64,000 bases of DNA from a candidate division FCPU426 bacterium (lineage in GTDB: Bacteria > Oederibacteriota > Muellerivitia > Muellerivitales > Muellerivitaceae): NCBI GenBank assembly GCA_963847625.1, contig CAWKAR010000052.1, forward strand, positions 44,392 to 108,391, written 5' to 3'. Every line of letters begins with the position of its first letter. The stretch's first letter is position 1. The notes under the pieces are model-generated. The model worked only from the letters and a program-made list of their open reading frames with translations, searched no databases and had not been told where the DNA came from. This document shows, one piece after another, positions 1-10,747 of the stretch. A program made the translations under genes and the position numbers.

Positions 1-29
1 AAAATAGGCCTTTTTTCAGCCCTTTCTCC

Positions 30-57
30 TTGACAGAGGGGGGGTGAAACGTAAAAT
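30..57 (+). promoter_or_regulatory. sigma70-type promoter for the tRNA-Thr/tuf operon
   Basis: TTGACA (30-35), 16 bp spacer, TAAAAT (52-57), about 20 bp upstream of the tRNA. Confidence 0.65.
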
Positions 58-78
58 ACCTATTCTTGCAATATCCCC

Positions 79-154
<76 letters not shown>

Positions 155-198
155 TTACATGAGGAAGAAGCTGTATTTTTTATCTGGGAGGCGTGGTT

Positions 199-1389
<1,191 letters not shown>

Positions 1390-1419
1390 GAAAAAGCCTA
1401 ATTTCATTAAGGAATATGG

Positions 1420-1569
1420 ATGAGAGAACAAATAACCCTGGCTTGCGCGGATTGCAAGCGCAGAAATTACAACAAAACACGGGACAAACGAAAAACCCCG
1501 GACAAAATTGAGGTAAAAAAATATTGCAGGTGGTGCCGCAAGCACACACTTCACAAGGAAACGAAATGA
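1420..1569 (+). CDS. rpmG: 50S ribosomal protein L33, Zn-ribbon form (49 aa, absent from the ORF track)
   Basis: Manual translation [49 protein letters not shown]; two CxxC pairs; between tuf and tRNA-Trp. Confidence 0.96.
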   Translation: MREQITLACADCKRRNYNKTRDKRKTPDKIEVKKYCRWCRKHTLHKETK

Positions 1570-1630
1570 CGGTAGCCCCACTGGGTTTCCAACGGGGTTT
1601 TACGCATATGGCTTTTAAAAGCTTTTCCAT

Positions 1631-1706
1631 AGGGCAGTAGCTCTAACGGTAGAGCGGCGGTCTCCAAAACCGCGCGTTGCAGGTTCGAATCCTGCCTGCC
1701 CTGCCA
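1631..1706 (+). tRNA. tRNA-Trp(CCA)
   Basis: AGGGCAG/CTGCCCT acceptor stem, GCGGT-CTCCAAA-ACCGC anticodon arm, GGTTCGAATCC, CCA end; precedes secE. Confidence 0.97.
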
Positions 1707-1739
1707 TCCGGATCGCAAGGAACACTAGAAGGAATTGGA

Positions 1740-1925
1740 ATGTTACAACAACTGAGGCAGTTTTACACGGAAGCCAGGTCTGAGTACAAGAAAATTTCCT
1801 GGCCTACCCTTGATGAGATTAAGGGATCTACCTCAGTGGTTTGCGTCACCATAGGTTTTGTGATGTTATTGTTGGCGGTTTACGATCTTGTCATCAGCAA
1901 CCTAATGACGCTGATTATAAAATAA
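1740..1925 (+). CDS. secE: preprotein translocase subunit SecE
   Basis: EYKKISWPT motif plus one TM helix; between tRNA-Trp and nusG; start moved to ATG 1740, outside the tRNA. Confidence 0.93.
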   Translation: MLQQLRQFYTEARSEYKKISWPTLDEIKGSTSVVCVTIGFVMLLLAVYDLVISNLMTLIIK

Positions 1926-1945
1926 AAGGAGAGGGTTTCATCGAA

Positions 1946-2476
1946 ATGGCTAAGCGCTGGTATGTCATCAACACCTATTCCGGATACGAGTCGAAGGTGA
2001 AAACAAACCTCGAAAACCGGATCAAAAGCATGAAGATGGAGGAAAAAATCTTCCAAATCTTGATTCCCTCCGAAGAGGTGACTGAGACCCGCGGCGGCAA
2101 GAAGAGAGTGATGAACAAGAAATTCTTCCCCGGTTACATCCTGGTGGAAATGGATATGGACGAGAATTCCTGGTCGGTGGTCCGGAACACCCCAAAAGTG
2201 ACCAGTTTCGTTGGTTCCGGCAACAAGCCCATCCCACTCCCCGACGAGGAAGTGACGGCCATCCTGGAGCACATCGGAAAACGCCGGGAACGCCGGGCCC
2301 TCAAAAGCCAATTTGAAAAGGGCGACCTGGTCAAGGTGATGGACGGCCCATTCTCGAATTTTTCGGGCTCCGTGGAGGAAATCAACCCGGAGCGGGAGCG
2401 GGTGAAGGTTATGGTCACCATTTTCGGCCGTCAAACCCCGGTGGAACTCGAGTTCCACCAAATTGAAAAGGAATAA
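1946..2476 (+). CDS. nusG: transcription termination/antitermination factor NusG
   Basis: WYVINTYSGYE, FFPGYILVEM, KOW motif GPFSNFSG, IFGRQTPVEL. Confidence 0.98.
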   Translation: MAKRWYVINTYSGYESKVKTNLENRIKSMKMEEKIFQILIPSEEVTETRGGKKRVMNKKFFPGYILVEMDMDENSWSVVRNTPKVTSFVGSGNKPIPLPDEEVTAILEHIGKRRERRALKSQFEKGDLVKVMDGPFSNFSGSVEEINPERERVKVMVTIFGRQTPVELEFHQIEKE

Positions 2477-2547
2477 AAATCATTTTAGCCCGGAACCCTG
2501 ATTCCAAACGAATGGCTAAAAAATAAAAAGAATCGCAGGAAAAGGTC

Positions 2548-2973
2548 ATGGCAAAAGAGATAAGCGCTTTGGTAAAGCTCCAGATTCCCGCGGGAAAGGC
2601 AAACCCCGCTCCTCCGGTGGGTCCCGCATTGGGCCAACACGGTGTTAACATCATGGAATTTTGCAAGCAATTCAACGCCGCCACCCAAAAACAGGAAGGA
2701 TTAATCATTCCTGTAGTCATATCCATCTACAAGGACCGGTCTTTTACGTTCGTGACCAAGACACCACCAGCTTCCGTGCTTCTATTAAAATCGGCGGGTT
2801 TGGCCAAAGGATCGCCTGTTCCCAATAAGCAGAAGGTCGGTAAGGTCACCCGGCAACAGGCTATGGAAATCGCAAAGACCAAGATGCCGGACTTGAACGC
2901 GCAAAAATTGGATTCGGCCTTCCGTATGGTTGAAGGAACAGCCCGAAGCATGGGAATCGAAATAGAAAAGTAA
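2548..2973 (+). CDS. rplK: 50S ribosomal protein L11
   Basis: [31 protein letters not shown]. Confidence 0.99.
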   Translation: MAKEISALVKLQIPAGKANPAPPVGPALGQHGVNIMEFCKQFNAATQKQEGLIIPVVISIYKDRSFTFVTKTPPASVLLLKSAGLAKGSPVPNKQKVGKVTRQQAMEIAKTKMPDLNAQKLDSAFRMVEGTARSMGIEIEK

Positions 2974-3054
2974 AAGTTGACAGCCGAAGGTTGACTGTTT
3001 TCAACGAAGACCTATGTGTAATGAAAATAGCCGACCGAGAAATGAATTTAATCT

Positions 3055-3093
3055 GTGGGAGCTCCACCTGAAAGGGTAGCGCGTTGGCACCAC
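3055..3093 (+). promoter_or_regulatory. putative L1-binding autoregulatory leader RNA
   Basis: GTGGGAGC...GCACCAC stem directly adjoining the rplA RBS (GGGAGG); matches the GTGGGAG...ACCAC shape of L1 operators. Confidence 0.65.
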
Positions 3094-3105
3094 GGGAGGA
3101 AACAA

Positions 3106-3819
3106 ATGGGAAAGAAAGCTAGCAAGCGGCATAGAAAAAACATTGAACTGATCGACAGGTCGAAGGCTTATCCTCTTGGGGAGGCTGTCAGTCTCCTCAA
3201 AAAGACGTCTCCCGCAAAATTCAACGAGACAGTCGAATTGCACATCAAACTCGGAGTCGACCCCAAAAAAGCCGACCAACAGGTCCGGGGGACGGTTTCC
3301 CTTCCTCATGGAACCGGTAAACCCATAAAGGTGGCCGTCTTGGCCAAGGGCGAGAAAGTCCGGGAAGCCGAGGCGGCCGGAGCCGATATCGCCGGGGACA
3401 GCGACCTGATCGAAAAGATTGCAGGCGGTTTCTTGGATTTCGACGTTTTGGTCGCAACTCCCGATATCATGAGGGAAACCGGTAAATTGGGAAAAGTATT
3501 GGGGCCCAAAGGCCTGATGCCCAATCCTAAAGCTGGTACGGTGACTCCGGATGTGGCCCGGGCAGTAAAGGAAATCAAAGCTGGCAAGATCGAATACCGC
3601 GTGGATGATCAGGGTATTTGTCACACTGGCATTGGCAAAATCCAATTCAATGAAAGCCAAATCCAGGGGAACGCGGACACTTTGATAAAGACTTTGGTTT
3701 CGGTCAAACCCGCGTCCGCTAAGGGAAACTACCTGCTTTCGGCCTATATCACTTCCAGCATGGGGCCCGGGATCAAGCTGGACACAACGGAGTACACGAA
3801 GACGACGGCGAAGAATTAA
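3106..3819 (+). CDS. rplA: 50S ribosomal protein L1
   Basis: [43 protein letters not shown] 3106 after GGAGG. Confidence 0.99.
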   Translation: MGKKASKRHRKNIELIDRSKAYPLGEAVSLLKKTSPAKFNETVELHIKLGVDPKKADQQVRGTVSLPHGTGKPIKVAVLAKGEKVREAEAAGADIAGDSDLIEKIAGGFLDFDVLVATPDIMRETGKLGKVLGPKGLMPNPKAGTVTPDVARAVKEIKAGKIEYRVDDQGICHTGIGKIQFNESQIQGNADTLIKTLVSVKPASAKGNYLLSAYITSSMGPGIKLDTTEYTKTTAKN

Positions 3820-3994
3820 TCATGAAAATGGTGTTCCCGAAGGCGGAAACCTTCAGGTGTTAAGCTAAGAAAAGCTCAATATTCCAAAGGAAATTGAGCG
3901 ATAGCTTTTGAAATTTTAACAGTAACTATTATTAAAATTTAGTGCTTGCAAGCTGGCAATGATATTAATTATATTCTTTCAGCTTGCAAGGGAT

Positions 3995-4062
3995 GTCGAA
4001 GACAGCGGGCGGCCTGCGGTAGCTTACAAAGTGCGACTGGCCTTAATTTTGCCCGCCGAGAC
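3995..4062 (+). promoter_or_regulatory. L10 leader RNA
   Basis: GTCGAAGACAGCGGG...CCTTAAT...CCCGCCGAGAC upstream of rplJ, the characteristic kink-turn pattern of the L10 leader. Confidence 0.8.
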
Positions 4063-4090
4063 GGTCCGGAAATTAAAAGGTTATTTTCAT

Positions 4091-4132
4091 ACCCTTCATC
4101 CGGTCGTTTCGGGTGAGGGGTTTTCTTTTTTG
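4091..4132 (+). terminator. attenuator-like intrinsic terminator in the rplJ leader
   Basis: ACCCTTCATCCGG...TCGGGTGAGGGGT stem followed by TTTCTTTTTT, between the L10 leader and rplJ. Confidence 0.65.
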
Positions 4133-4202
4133 TCTTGAGAAATCAAGAATATAACCCTCCCCAGTTTTGGAGACTTATTCAACAAGAGGGGTGGTGAGTG
4201 AA

Positions 4203-4748
4203 TTGGCAGATTTTAAAAGAAGCAAACCAAGGCCTGAGAAGGTCGCGGTCATCGAGAAGCTTATGGAAAAGGTCCAGTCGGCCAAGTCGGCAGTGGTGAC
4301 CGGTTATACCGGTTTAACGGTGGAGGAAGTCACGCAATTGCGGGCCCAGCTTTTCAAGGCCAAGGTGGAATACCACGTCGTAAAGAATAACCTGGCCCGT
4401 TTGGCCCTTAATAAGGCCAAAATCACCGTATTGGACGACCTTTTGGCCGGTCCCACGGCAATCGCCCTGGCAACCGGAGACGCAGTGGCTCCTGCCCGGG
4501 TTCTTTCCAAGTTCGCCAAAGACCATGAAAAACTGGTTTTAAAGGGCGGATGGATGGAAGGCCGAAAAATCACGGTGCAGGACATAAAGGTTCTTGCCAA
4601 CCTGCCTAGCCGTGAGGAACTTTTAGCGAAGATGTTGGGAAGCATGATGTCACCGGTAACCGGAATCGTTCAAGTTTTAGCCGGACCCATGCGTAAGTTG
4701 GTTTACGCCCTCAACGCCGTCAAGGAAGCGAAGGCCAAGACCGCTTAA
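4203..4748 (+). CDS. rplJ: 50S ribosomal protein L10
   Basis: YTGLTVEEVTQLR, VVKNNLA, LAGPTAIA, LPSREELLAK; start codon uncertain (TTG 4203 chosen). Confidence 0.96.
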   Translation: MADFKRSKPRPEKVAVIEKLMEKVQSAKSAVVTGYTGLTVEEVTQLRAQLFKAKVEYHVVKNNLARLALNKAKITVLDDLLAGPTAIALATGDAVAPARVLSKFAKDHEKLVLKGGWMEGRKITVQDIKVLANLPSREELLAKMLGSMMSPVTGIVQVLAGPMRKLVYALNAVKEAKAKTA

Positions 4749-4822
4749 ATTTAATCACCTAGTTTCGGTATCCCGATTGGGAAACGAGACTCAATGGAAA
4801 TCAAATATGGAGGATATAAAAA

Positions 4823-5203
4823 ATGCCTACTTTAACGAAAGATGAATTGATTACGGCCATCGAGCAGATGAGCGTTTTGGAATTAAACGAACTGGTCAAG
4901 GCCCTGGAGACCAAGTTCGGAGTTTCCGCGGCGGCCCCGGTGGCAGTCGCGGCTGTTTCCGGCGCGGGCGCCGGTGCGGCTGCCGAGGAGAAAACCGCGT
5001 TCGACGTCATCCTGAAGAGCGCCGGAGGAAACAAGATCTCCGTCATCAAGGTTGTCCGGGAAGTCACCGGATTGGGCCTCAAGGAAGCCAAGGACCTGGT
5101 GGATGGGGCCCCCAAGCCCGTGAAAACAGGAATCTCGAAGGCGGAAGCCGACCAAATGCTCGCTAAGTTCAAGGAATCGGGCGCTGAATTAGAAATTCAG
5201 TAA
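4823..5203 (+). CDS. rplL: 50S ribosomal protein L7/L12
   Basis: [47 protein letters not shown]. Confidence 0.99.
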   Translation: MPTLTKDELITAIEQMSVLELNELVKALETKFGVSAAAPVAVAAVSGAGAGAAAEEKTAFDVILKSAGGNKISVIKVVREVTGLGLKEAKDLVDGAPKPVKTGISKAEADQMLAKFKESGAELEIQ

Positions 5204-5216
5204 TAATAATTCCTTT

Positions 5217-5251
5217 AAAGCCCCGTTCCCTTTGGGAACGGGGCTTTTTTT
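5217..5251 (+). terminator. intrinsic terminator after rplL
   Basis: AAAGCCCCGTTCCC-TTT-GGGAACGGGGCTTTTTTT perfect stem plus U-tract. Confidence 0.92.
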
Positions 5252-5328
5252 ATTTTGGGAAAAGGCTTGTGGGGAGGGGTAAGATATGGCCTTCACGAGG
5301 GCTCATTAATCCAGGGAGATGATTCGGA

Positions 5329-5988
5329 ATGCGTCATAAGGGCTATTTCATTTCTTTCGAAGGCCCGGAAGGCTCGGGCAAAACAACCCAAATGAAACTT
5401 CTAGGGGAACTTTTACGACGTCAAAGAATACCCATTATTCAAACCCGGGAACCCGGTGGTTCGAAACTCTCCACGCATTTACGAAATTGGATTTTGAACC
5501 GGTTGGATTATTTGCTCACGTCTGAGGCGGAGCTGTTTCTTTTCCTGGCTGACCGCGCCCAACATGTGAAAGAAGTCATCCTCCCATCTCTCGGGAAGGG
5601 AAAGTTCGTGCTATGCGACCGTTATGCCGACTCCACCCTGGCTTACCAGGGGGGCGGCAGGGGATTTCCTGTGAAAATTCTTATGGAAATGAATGAATTG
5701 GCCACCCGTGGGCTTCAGCCCGATCTGACGGTTCTTATCGACATACCCGTTCCTATAGGCCTCCGACGCGCGGCGGGGAGGGGAAGAGGCAGGGACAGAA
5801 TGGAAAATGAGAAAATCCAATTTCATAAAAATATTCGGAAAGCTTTCCTTAAGATCGCCCATCAAGAACCTGGACGGTTTCTGGTATTGGATGGGACTAA
5901 ACCGGTGGAAAAAGTTTTCAAGGATTTGATTTTAGGCTTATCCCGCCGACTTCCGGCTATGTGGAGAAAGAGGCTGGGTTATGGATGA
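5329..5988 (+). CDS. tmk: thymidylate kinase
   Basis: FISFEGPEGSGKTTQ, TREPGG, LCDRYADSTLAYQG. Confidence 0.97.
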   Translation: MRHKGYFISFEGPEGSGKTTQMKLLGELLRRQRIPIIQTREPGGSKLSTHLRNWILNRLDYLLTSEAELFLFLADRAQHVKEVILPSLGKGKFVLCDRYADSTLAYQGGGRGFPVKILMEMNELATRGLQPDLTVLIDIPVPIGLRRAAGRGRGRDRMENEKIQFHKNIRKAFLKIAHQEPGRFLVLDGTKPVEKVFKDLILGLSRRLPAMWRKRLGYG

Positions 5989-7051
5989 TTTCGTCATTCC
6001 ACGCCTGGAGCAACTAGACACCCAGCCTGAGGTTGAGCGAATCCTCCTCGGATTGAAGGAACATCCCGGGGTCCAAACCCTGCTTTGGATTGGACCCCCC
6101 GGATCCGGGAAAAAAACCCACGCTTTGGCTCTGGCCCGAAGCTATTTCTGCCTGCAAGGAAAGGACTGCGGGGGTTGCGCGGCCTGCAGACAGGTTCTCG
6201 CTAAAACCCATCCGGATCTTTTTTGGGTCCACCGGGAACATTTCTGGTCCGATGAGAAGGAGGACCGAAAAAAACAGGGCATTATCGTCAACACCGCAAA
6301 GCTTCTTTCCCAAAAGATCAGCAGGGCTCCCCTCGCGGCCGCCTGCAAGATAGCCGTGATTCCAAACGCCCATGAAATGAACGAGGATGCCCAAAATGTC
6401 CTTTTAAAGACATTGGAAGAGCCGCCCGCGGCCACATACATTATTTTGATGACGGATAAGGAAAACGCCCTTTTGCCGACGATTCTCTCAAGATGCCGGC
6501 CGATCCGCTTTCATCCCATCCCCCAGGGCAAAATCGAGGAAGTCCTGGTGAAAACCCGCGGGTGGAATCCGGGAGAAGCGAGAAAGGCCGCCGGGGAGGC
6601 GGAAGGGAACCTGACCCAAGCCTTGAGGGAAGCCGATCCGGATTGGGTGTCCTTCCGGGAAAAAGTGAAAAGCGACCTGGACCGGGTTATGGCCGGGCCC
6701 GACGGGGATTGGCTGGCCCTGACTACGGAATACGAACAATGGGAACCGGATTTCCTAGGGGACGCGATCCTCACCGCCACACAGCGTAGGGCTGTTGTGC
6801 TTAAAACCGCCCTCCAGATTTACCTGGGTTTTTGGCGAAAACGCCTTAACGGGGAGATGGATGTGCCCTCGTGTTTTTCCACATTGCCGCCCGAACGGGT
6901 TTTGGCCTGTCTCCAGAAACACCAGGATATGGTTGAAACGAATCTTTCAACGCGCATGATTCTTGACCATTTGTTCCTGGAGCTGAGGGAAGGGTTCCAA
7001 AAAGGTGGACTTTCAGATAAGTCTTTTATTGATTTGGCAGTGCAAATATAG
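5981..7051 (+). CDS. holB: DNA polymerase III subunit delta-prime
   Basis: GPPGSGK, Zn motif C..CGGCAAC, HPDL, AQNVLLKTLEEPP, LLPTILSRC; follows tmk. Confidence 0.9.
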   Translation: MDDFVIPRLEQLDTQPEVERILLGLKEHPGVQTLLWIGPPGSGKKTHALALARSYFCLQGKDCGGCAACRQVLAKTHPDLFWVHREHFWSDEKEDRKKQGIIVNTAKLLSQKISRAPLAAACKIAVIPNAHEMNEDAQNVLLKTLEEPPAATYIILMTDKENALLPTILSRCRPIRFHPIPQGKIEEVLVKTRGWNPGEARKAAGEAEGNLTQALREADPDWVSFREKVKSDLDRVMAGPDGDWLALTTEYEQWEPDFLGDAILTATQRRAVVLKTALQIYLGFWRKRLNGEMDVPSCFSTLPPERVLACLQKHQDMVETNLSTRMILDHLFLELREGFQKGGLSDKSFIDLAVQI

Positions 7052-7061
7052 GAGGGCAAAA

Positions 7062-7805
7062 ATGTTTAAAAAACAGTATTTAATATCCAATCTATTTTTT
7101 ATTTTGTTTTTTAATGCAACATTCGTAGTTGCGGAAGATAAAAAAGCATCTATCGATTTGGAAAAGGCAATTACGCTTTCTCAATCTAAAGGGAAATTTG
7201 TACCAGATAAAAATAAATCAAAGAATTTTACTACTCCTTCAAATATAAAACTTATCTTTTCGGATACGGCCAACAGAATTCAACAAGACGATTTGAAAAA
7301 TGTTGGTAGATCGAACGATCCAAGAACGAATCCGTTGAAGTTTGGACCAATATTTGATTTGACGGGAAAAGATGGATTTGATGTTTATTTCCTCAAAGTA
7401 AATCAATACAACAACATCATGGGATTACCTTTTGATAAGTACTATTTTGTCGTTTTTGATAAAAAGACTAAGAAGTGTTCGGAAAAATCTTTTTTGATTC
7501 AGGGGAATTTTGTTGATTGCTATTGGGATAACCTAACAAATGATGGGAGAGCCCAACTTGTGATCGATGATGAATGGCACAATGGTTCTGCTGAATATTT
7601 CGATAAAAAATATTATGAAATAAAAGATGACCTCTCTATTAAAGAATTGTTAACGCTTGGTGGCTTTGTTGATGGCCCTAATTCTCAGGAGCAAAAAATT
7701 ATTCAAAAAAAGAAGAAAAGTGTTGTTGTTGAAGAAACACGGAAAAAATCAGATATTGAAGATGGCGAAACAAAAGCAGTGACAGAAATAAAATTGGAAT
7801 TTTAA
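7062..7805 (+). CDS. hypothetical exported protein, low GC
   Basis: GGAGG RBS before ATG 7062; signal-peptide-like N-terminus ending VVA-ED; visibly AT-richer than its neighbours; no family recognised. Confidence 0.75.
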   Translation: MFKKQYLISNLFFILFFNATFVVAEDKKASIDLEKAITLSQSKGKFVPDKNKSKNFTTPSNIKLIFSDTANRIQQDDLKNVGRSNDPRTNPLKFGPIFDLTGKDGFDVYFLKVNQYNNIMGLPFDKYYFVVFDKKTKKCSEKSFLIQGNFVDCYWDNLTNDGRAQLVIDDEWHNGSAEYFDKKYYEIKDDLSIKELLTLGGFVDGPNSQEQKIIQKKKKSVVVEETRKKSDIEDGETKAVTEIKLEF

Positions 7806-7835
7806 ATATCATGGGTTCGACCAACGGAGTAAGCA

Positions 7836-9386
7836 ATGCCTAATTTTAAAAAGACCTTTTACGTCACAACCCCCATCTATTACGTGAACGATATCCCCCA
7901 TATCGGCCATGCTTACGCCACCGTTGGCGCGGACGCCATCGCGCGCTTCAAACGCATGGATGGATATGACGTTTATTTCCTCACCGGCACGGATGAACAC
8001 GGGCAAAAAATCGAAAAGTCAGCCAAGGAAAAGGGTTTGGAACCCAAACAGCTGGCTGACCAGGTGGTGGATCGTTTCAAACAGGCTTGGGATAAACTCG
8101 GAATTTCCTACGACCGGTTTATCCGCACTACCGATGAGGACCACAAGAAAGCCTGTCAAGTCTTCTTCAAGCAAGTGATGGACGCGGGTTATATCTACAA
8201 GGGCCATTACGAAGGCTGGTACTGCCTGCCGGACGAGAGGTTCCTCTTGGACTCGGAAGTAGTGGATGGCAAATGTCCCGAGTGCGGCCGTTCCGTGGAG
8301 CGGTTGCAGGAAGAAAACTACTTTTTCTCCATGTCCAAGTTCCAAAAGAAAATCGAGGAATACCTGGAAACCCACCCTGAATTTGTTTTTCCGGAAATAC
8401 GGCGCAATGACCTCGTCAGTAATTTCGTTAAACCCGGCCTGCCCGACGTATGCATCACACGGGCGGCCCTGAAATGGGGAATTCAAGCGCCGGTGCCGGA
8501 GGGGTCGGTTATTTACGTGTGGTTTGACGCTTTGTTGAATTACATCACGGCCATTGGCTGGCCAGAGGGTGAGAATTACAGGAAATTCTGGCCGGCTGAC
8601 GTTCACATCATAGGAAAGGAAATTTTAAGGTTCCACGCGGCCCTCTGGCCCTCCATGCTCATGGCGGCGGGAGTGCCCGTGCCGAAAATGGTTTTTGTGA
8701 CAGGCCATATCACCAAGGATGGGAGAAAAATGTCCAAAAGCCTTGGGAATACCGTCGACCCTTTTGAGCTGGCGGCTACCTACGGGCCTGACGCGGTCCG
8801 GTATTATCTTTTGAGGGAAATACCCTATGGCATGGATGGTAATTACACGGATGAATCCTTCCAACTTCGGTTCAATGGCGATCTTGCCAACGACCTCGGA
8901 AACCTGGTGCACCGCAGTATGACCATGTTGGAGAAATATTTCGGCGGAATCATCCCAAAACCCGGACCCGATGGCGATTTAGAAAATAGCTTGATAGCGT
9001 TGGCTAAGGCGTATATTCCAACCGCGCGAAAAGCCATGGAACACTTGGAGTTCCACAACGCCTTGTCCCAGGCTTGGGAGTTGGTTAAGCGCGCGAATAA
9101 ATACATTGAGGAATCAGCTCCTTGGAAAGTCGCCAAAGAAGGAAACCAGGAAAAACTGGGGACAGTCATGTATACCCTCATGGAAACCTTGAGGGTCACG
9201 GCTCTTTCGATCGCGCCTTTCATGCCTTTTACGGCATCAGCCATATGGGCCCAACTTGGGTATTCGGATGATATCAAAAAGCATTTGTTATCTGAAACCG
9301 AGGAATGGGGTCGAATCCCAGTGGGGCAGAAGGTAACCAAGGGACAACCATTATTTCCCCGAATAGAGAAGGAAAAAAAGAAATAA
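7836..9386 (+). CDS. metG: methionyl-tRNA synthetase, short form without C-terminal tRNA-binding domain
   Basis: YVTTPIYYVN, HIGH, GTDEHGQKI, YVWFDAL, KMSKS; ends at PLFPRIE. Confidence 0.98.
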   Translation: MPNFKKTFYVTTPIYYVNDIPHIGHAYATVGADAIARFKRMDGYDVYFLTGTDEHGQKIEKSAKEKGLEPKQLADQVVDRFKQAWDKLGISYDRFIRTTDEDHKKACQVFFKQVMDAGYIYKGHYEGWYCLPDERFLLDSEVVDGKCPECGRSVERLQEENYFFSMSKFQKKIEEYLETHPEFVFPEIRRNDLVSNFVKPGLPDVCITRAALKWGIQAPVPEGSVIYVWFDALLNYITAIGWPEGENYRKFWPADVHIIGKEILRFHAALWPSMLMAAGVPVPKMVFVTGHITKDGRKMSKSLGNTVDPFELAATYGPDAVRYYLLREIPYGMDGNYTDESFQLRFNGDLANDLGNLVHRSMTMLEKYFGGIIPKPGPDGDLENSLIALAKAYIPTARKAMEHLEFHNALSQAWELVKRANKYIEESAPWKVAKEGNQEKLGTVMYTLMETLRVTALSIAPFMPFTASAIWAQLGYSDDIKKHLLSETEEWGRIPVGQKVTKGQPLFPRIEKEKKK

Positions 9387-9477
9387 TCAGTTACAAGTTT
9401 CCAGAAATGCTTGGGTGAATTTTAAGACTCTTTCCTGAATTTGTAGATAAGGGGTTTTAAAAGCATTTTATGTAATC

Positions 9478-9629
9478 TGTCGTTGCGAGGAGGCGCCCCA
9501 ATCGGGGCGGTTGCCGACGTGGCAATCCCAGTTAGTTGTTCGATTTAAGCCGTTTTATGAGGCATATTTAAACTGGGGTTGCTTCCTCGTCATCGCCCGC
9601 CTATTCGGCGGCCACTCGTCGCAATGACA
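9478..9629. repeat. nested palindromic element (REP/RPE/MITE-like)
   Basis: Outer arms TGTCGTTGCGAGGAG / CTCGTCGCAATGACA, inner arms GCAATCCCAGTT / AACTGGGGTTGC, small side hairpins. Confidence 0.8.
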
Positions 9630-9742
9630 TCCAAGCAAAGCAAATCTTAAATTAGGCTGCTATCGGCAAATTCAGGAAACAGCCAATTTTAAAAACCAAC
9701 ACATTCCCACTTTGTCCGCTGATTCTGTGAAGAAAGGCATTT

Positions 9743-10510
9743 ATGGCCGGTTTGATTGACACCCATTGCCACCTGGATGACGAGCGCCTGGTCGGGCAGG
9801 AAAACGAGGTTCTCCAGCGGTGCAAAGAGGCGGGTATTGAAACCTGCGTGACCATCGGCACCGACGAAAAAACCTCCGCGGCCGCCGCGGCTTTGGCTGG
9901 CCGCCATCCTGGGAGGGTTTACCATACCATCGGCGCTCATCCCAATGACGCGGACAGGTTCAGTGAAAACGACTTAATAGAAATCGAACGTCTGGCGAGG
10001 GAAACCAAGCCTATTGCCATAGGCGAGATCGGTTTAGATTACTACCACTCCTCGGATCGCCAAAAACAAGCGCGTCTTTTTGAAAGGATGATCAACCTTG
10101 CTCGGGAACTAACTTTGCCTATCGTGATCCATGACCGTGATGCCCACGATGATATTTATAAACTTCTGAAAGCCAAGGCTCTAGGCATTAAAATCGTGAT
10201 GCATTGTTATTCCGCCGGGCCGGATTATGTGGAAAAGTTCATGGATTTAGGCTGCCTTTTCTCCTTTGCGGGACCCATTACCTTTAAAAATGGACAACCC
10301 CAAAGGGATGCGGCCTCTAAAATTCCCTTAGGCCGGCTGGTAGTGGAAACAGACGCCCCCTATCTTACGCCCCACCCCCACCGGGGTAAGTTGAATGAAC
10401 CGGCTTACGTGAAATTGACCGCGGAAAAACTCGCTGAGGTGAAGGGGGTTTCTTTCGAGGAATTGGCCAGGGTCACCACCGAAAACGCCAGGAAGTTTTA
10501 CGACTTTTAA
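9743..10510 (+). CDS. tatD: TatD family hydrolase
   Basis: IDTHCHLD, AIGEIGLDY, IHDRDAH, HCYS, ETDAPYL; follows metG. Confidence 0.95.
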   Translation: MAGLIDTHCHLDDERLVGQENEVLQRCKEAGIETCVTIGTDEKTSAAAAALAGRHPGRVYHTIGAHPNDADRFSENDLIEIERLARETKPIAIGEIGLDYYHSSDRQKQARLFERMINLARELTLPIVIHDRDAHDDIYKLLKAKALGIKIVMHCYSAGPDYVEKFMDLGCLFSFAGPITFKNGQPQRDAASKIPLGRLVVETDAPYLTPHPHRGKLNEPAYVKLTAEKLAEVKGVSFEELARVTTENARKFYDF

Positions 10511-10572
10511 CCCGCCACCGCAATGTTTTTATCTGTTTCTCTTTTTCAATTTTTACTGTTTTTGCCGTTAAT

Positions 10573-10600
10573 TCCTAACACCTAACTACTCACTCCTAAC
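10573..10600. repeat. degenerate heptamer tandem repeat (4 x 7 bp)
   Basis: TCCTAAC-ACCTAAC-TACTCAC-TCCTAAC. Confidence 0.6.
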
Positions 10601-10747
10601 TTATTTATGCATACTCACCTATCCGTATGGATCTGGAATCTCTAGGAACATGAGAGGGTTTTCTCGATGGCATCGGGCAGGTTTACCGCTGGTAAGGCCG
10701 TAAGCCGGTAAGGGCGATAAGTCGGGCGGTAAGCCGTTAAGCGGTGC

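Noticed and set aside
1677..1945. Extended N-termini of secE (from 1677) and nusG (from 1841) in the ORF track
   Set aside because: They overlap tRNA-Trp or secE; downstream ATGs with RBS at 1740 and 1946 fit the families.
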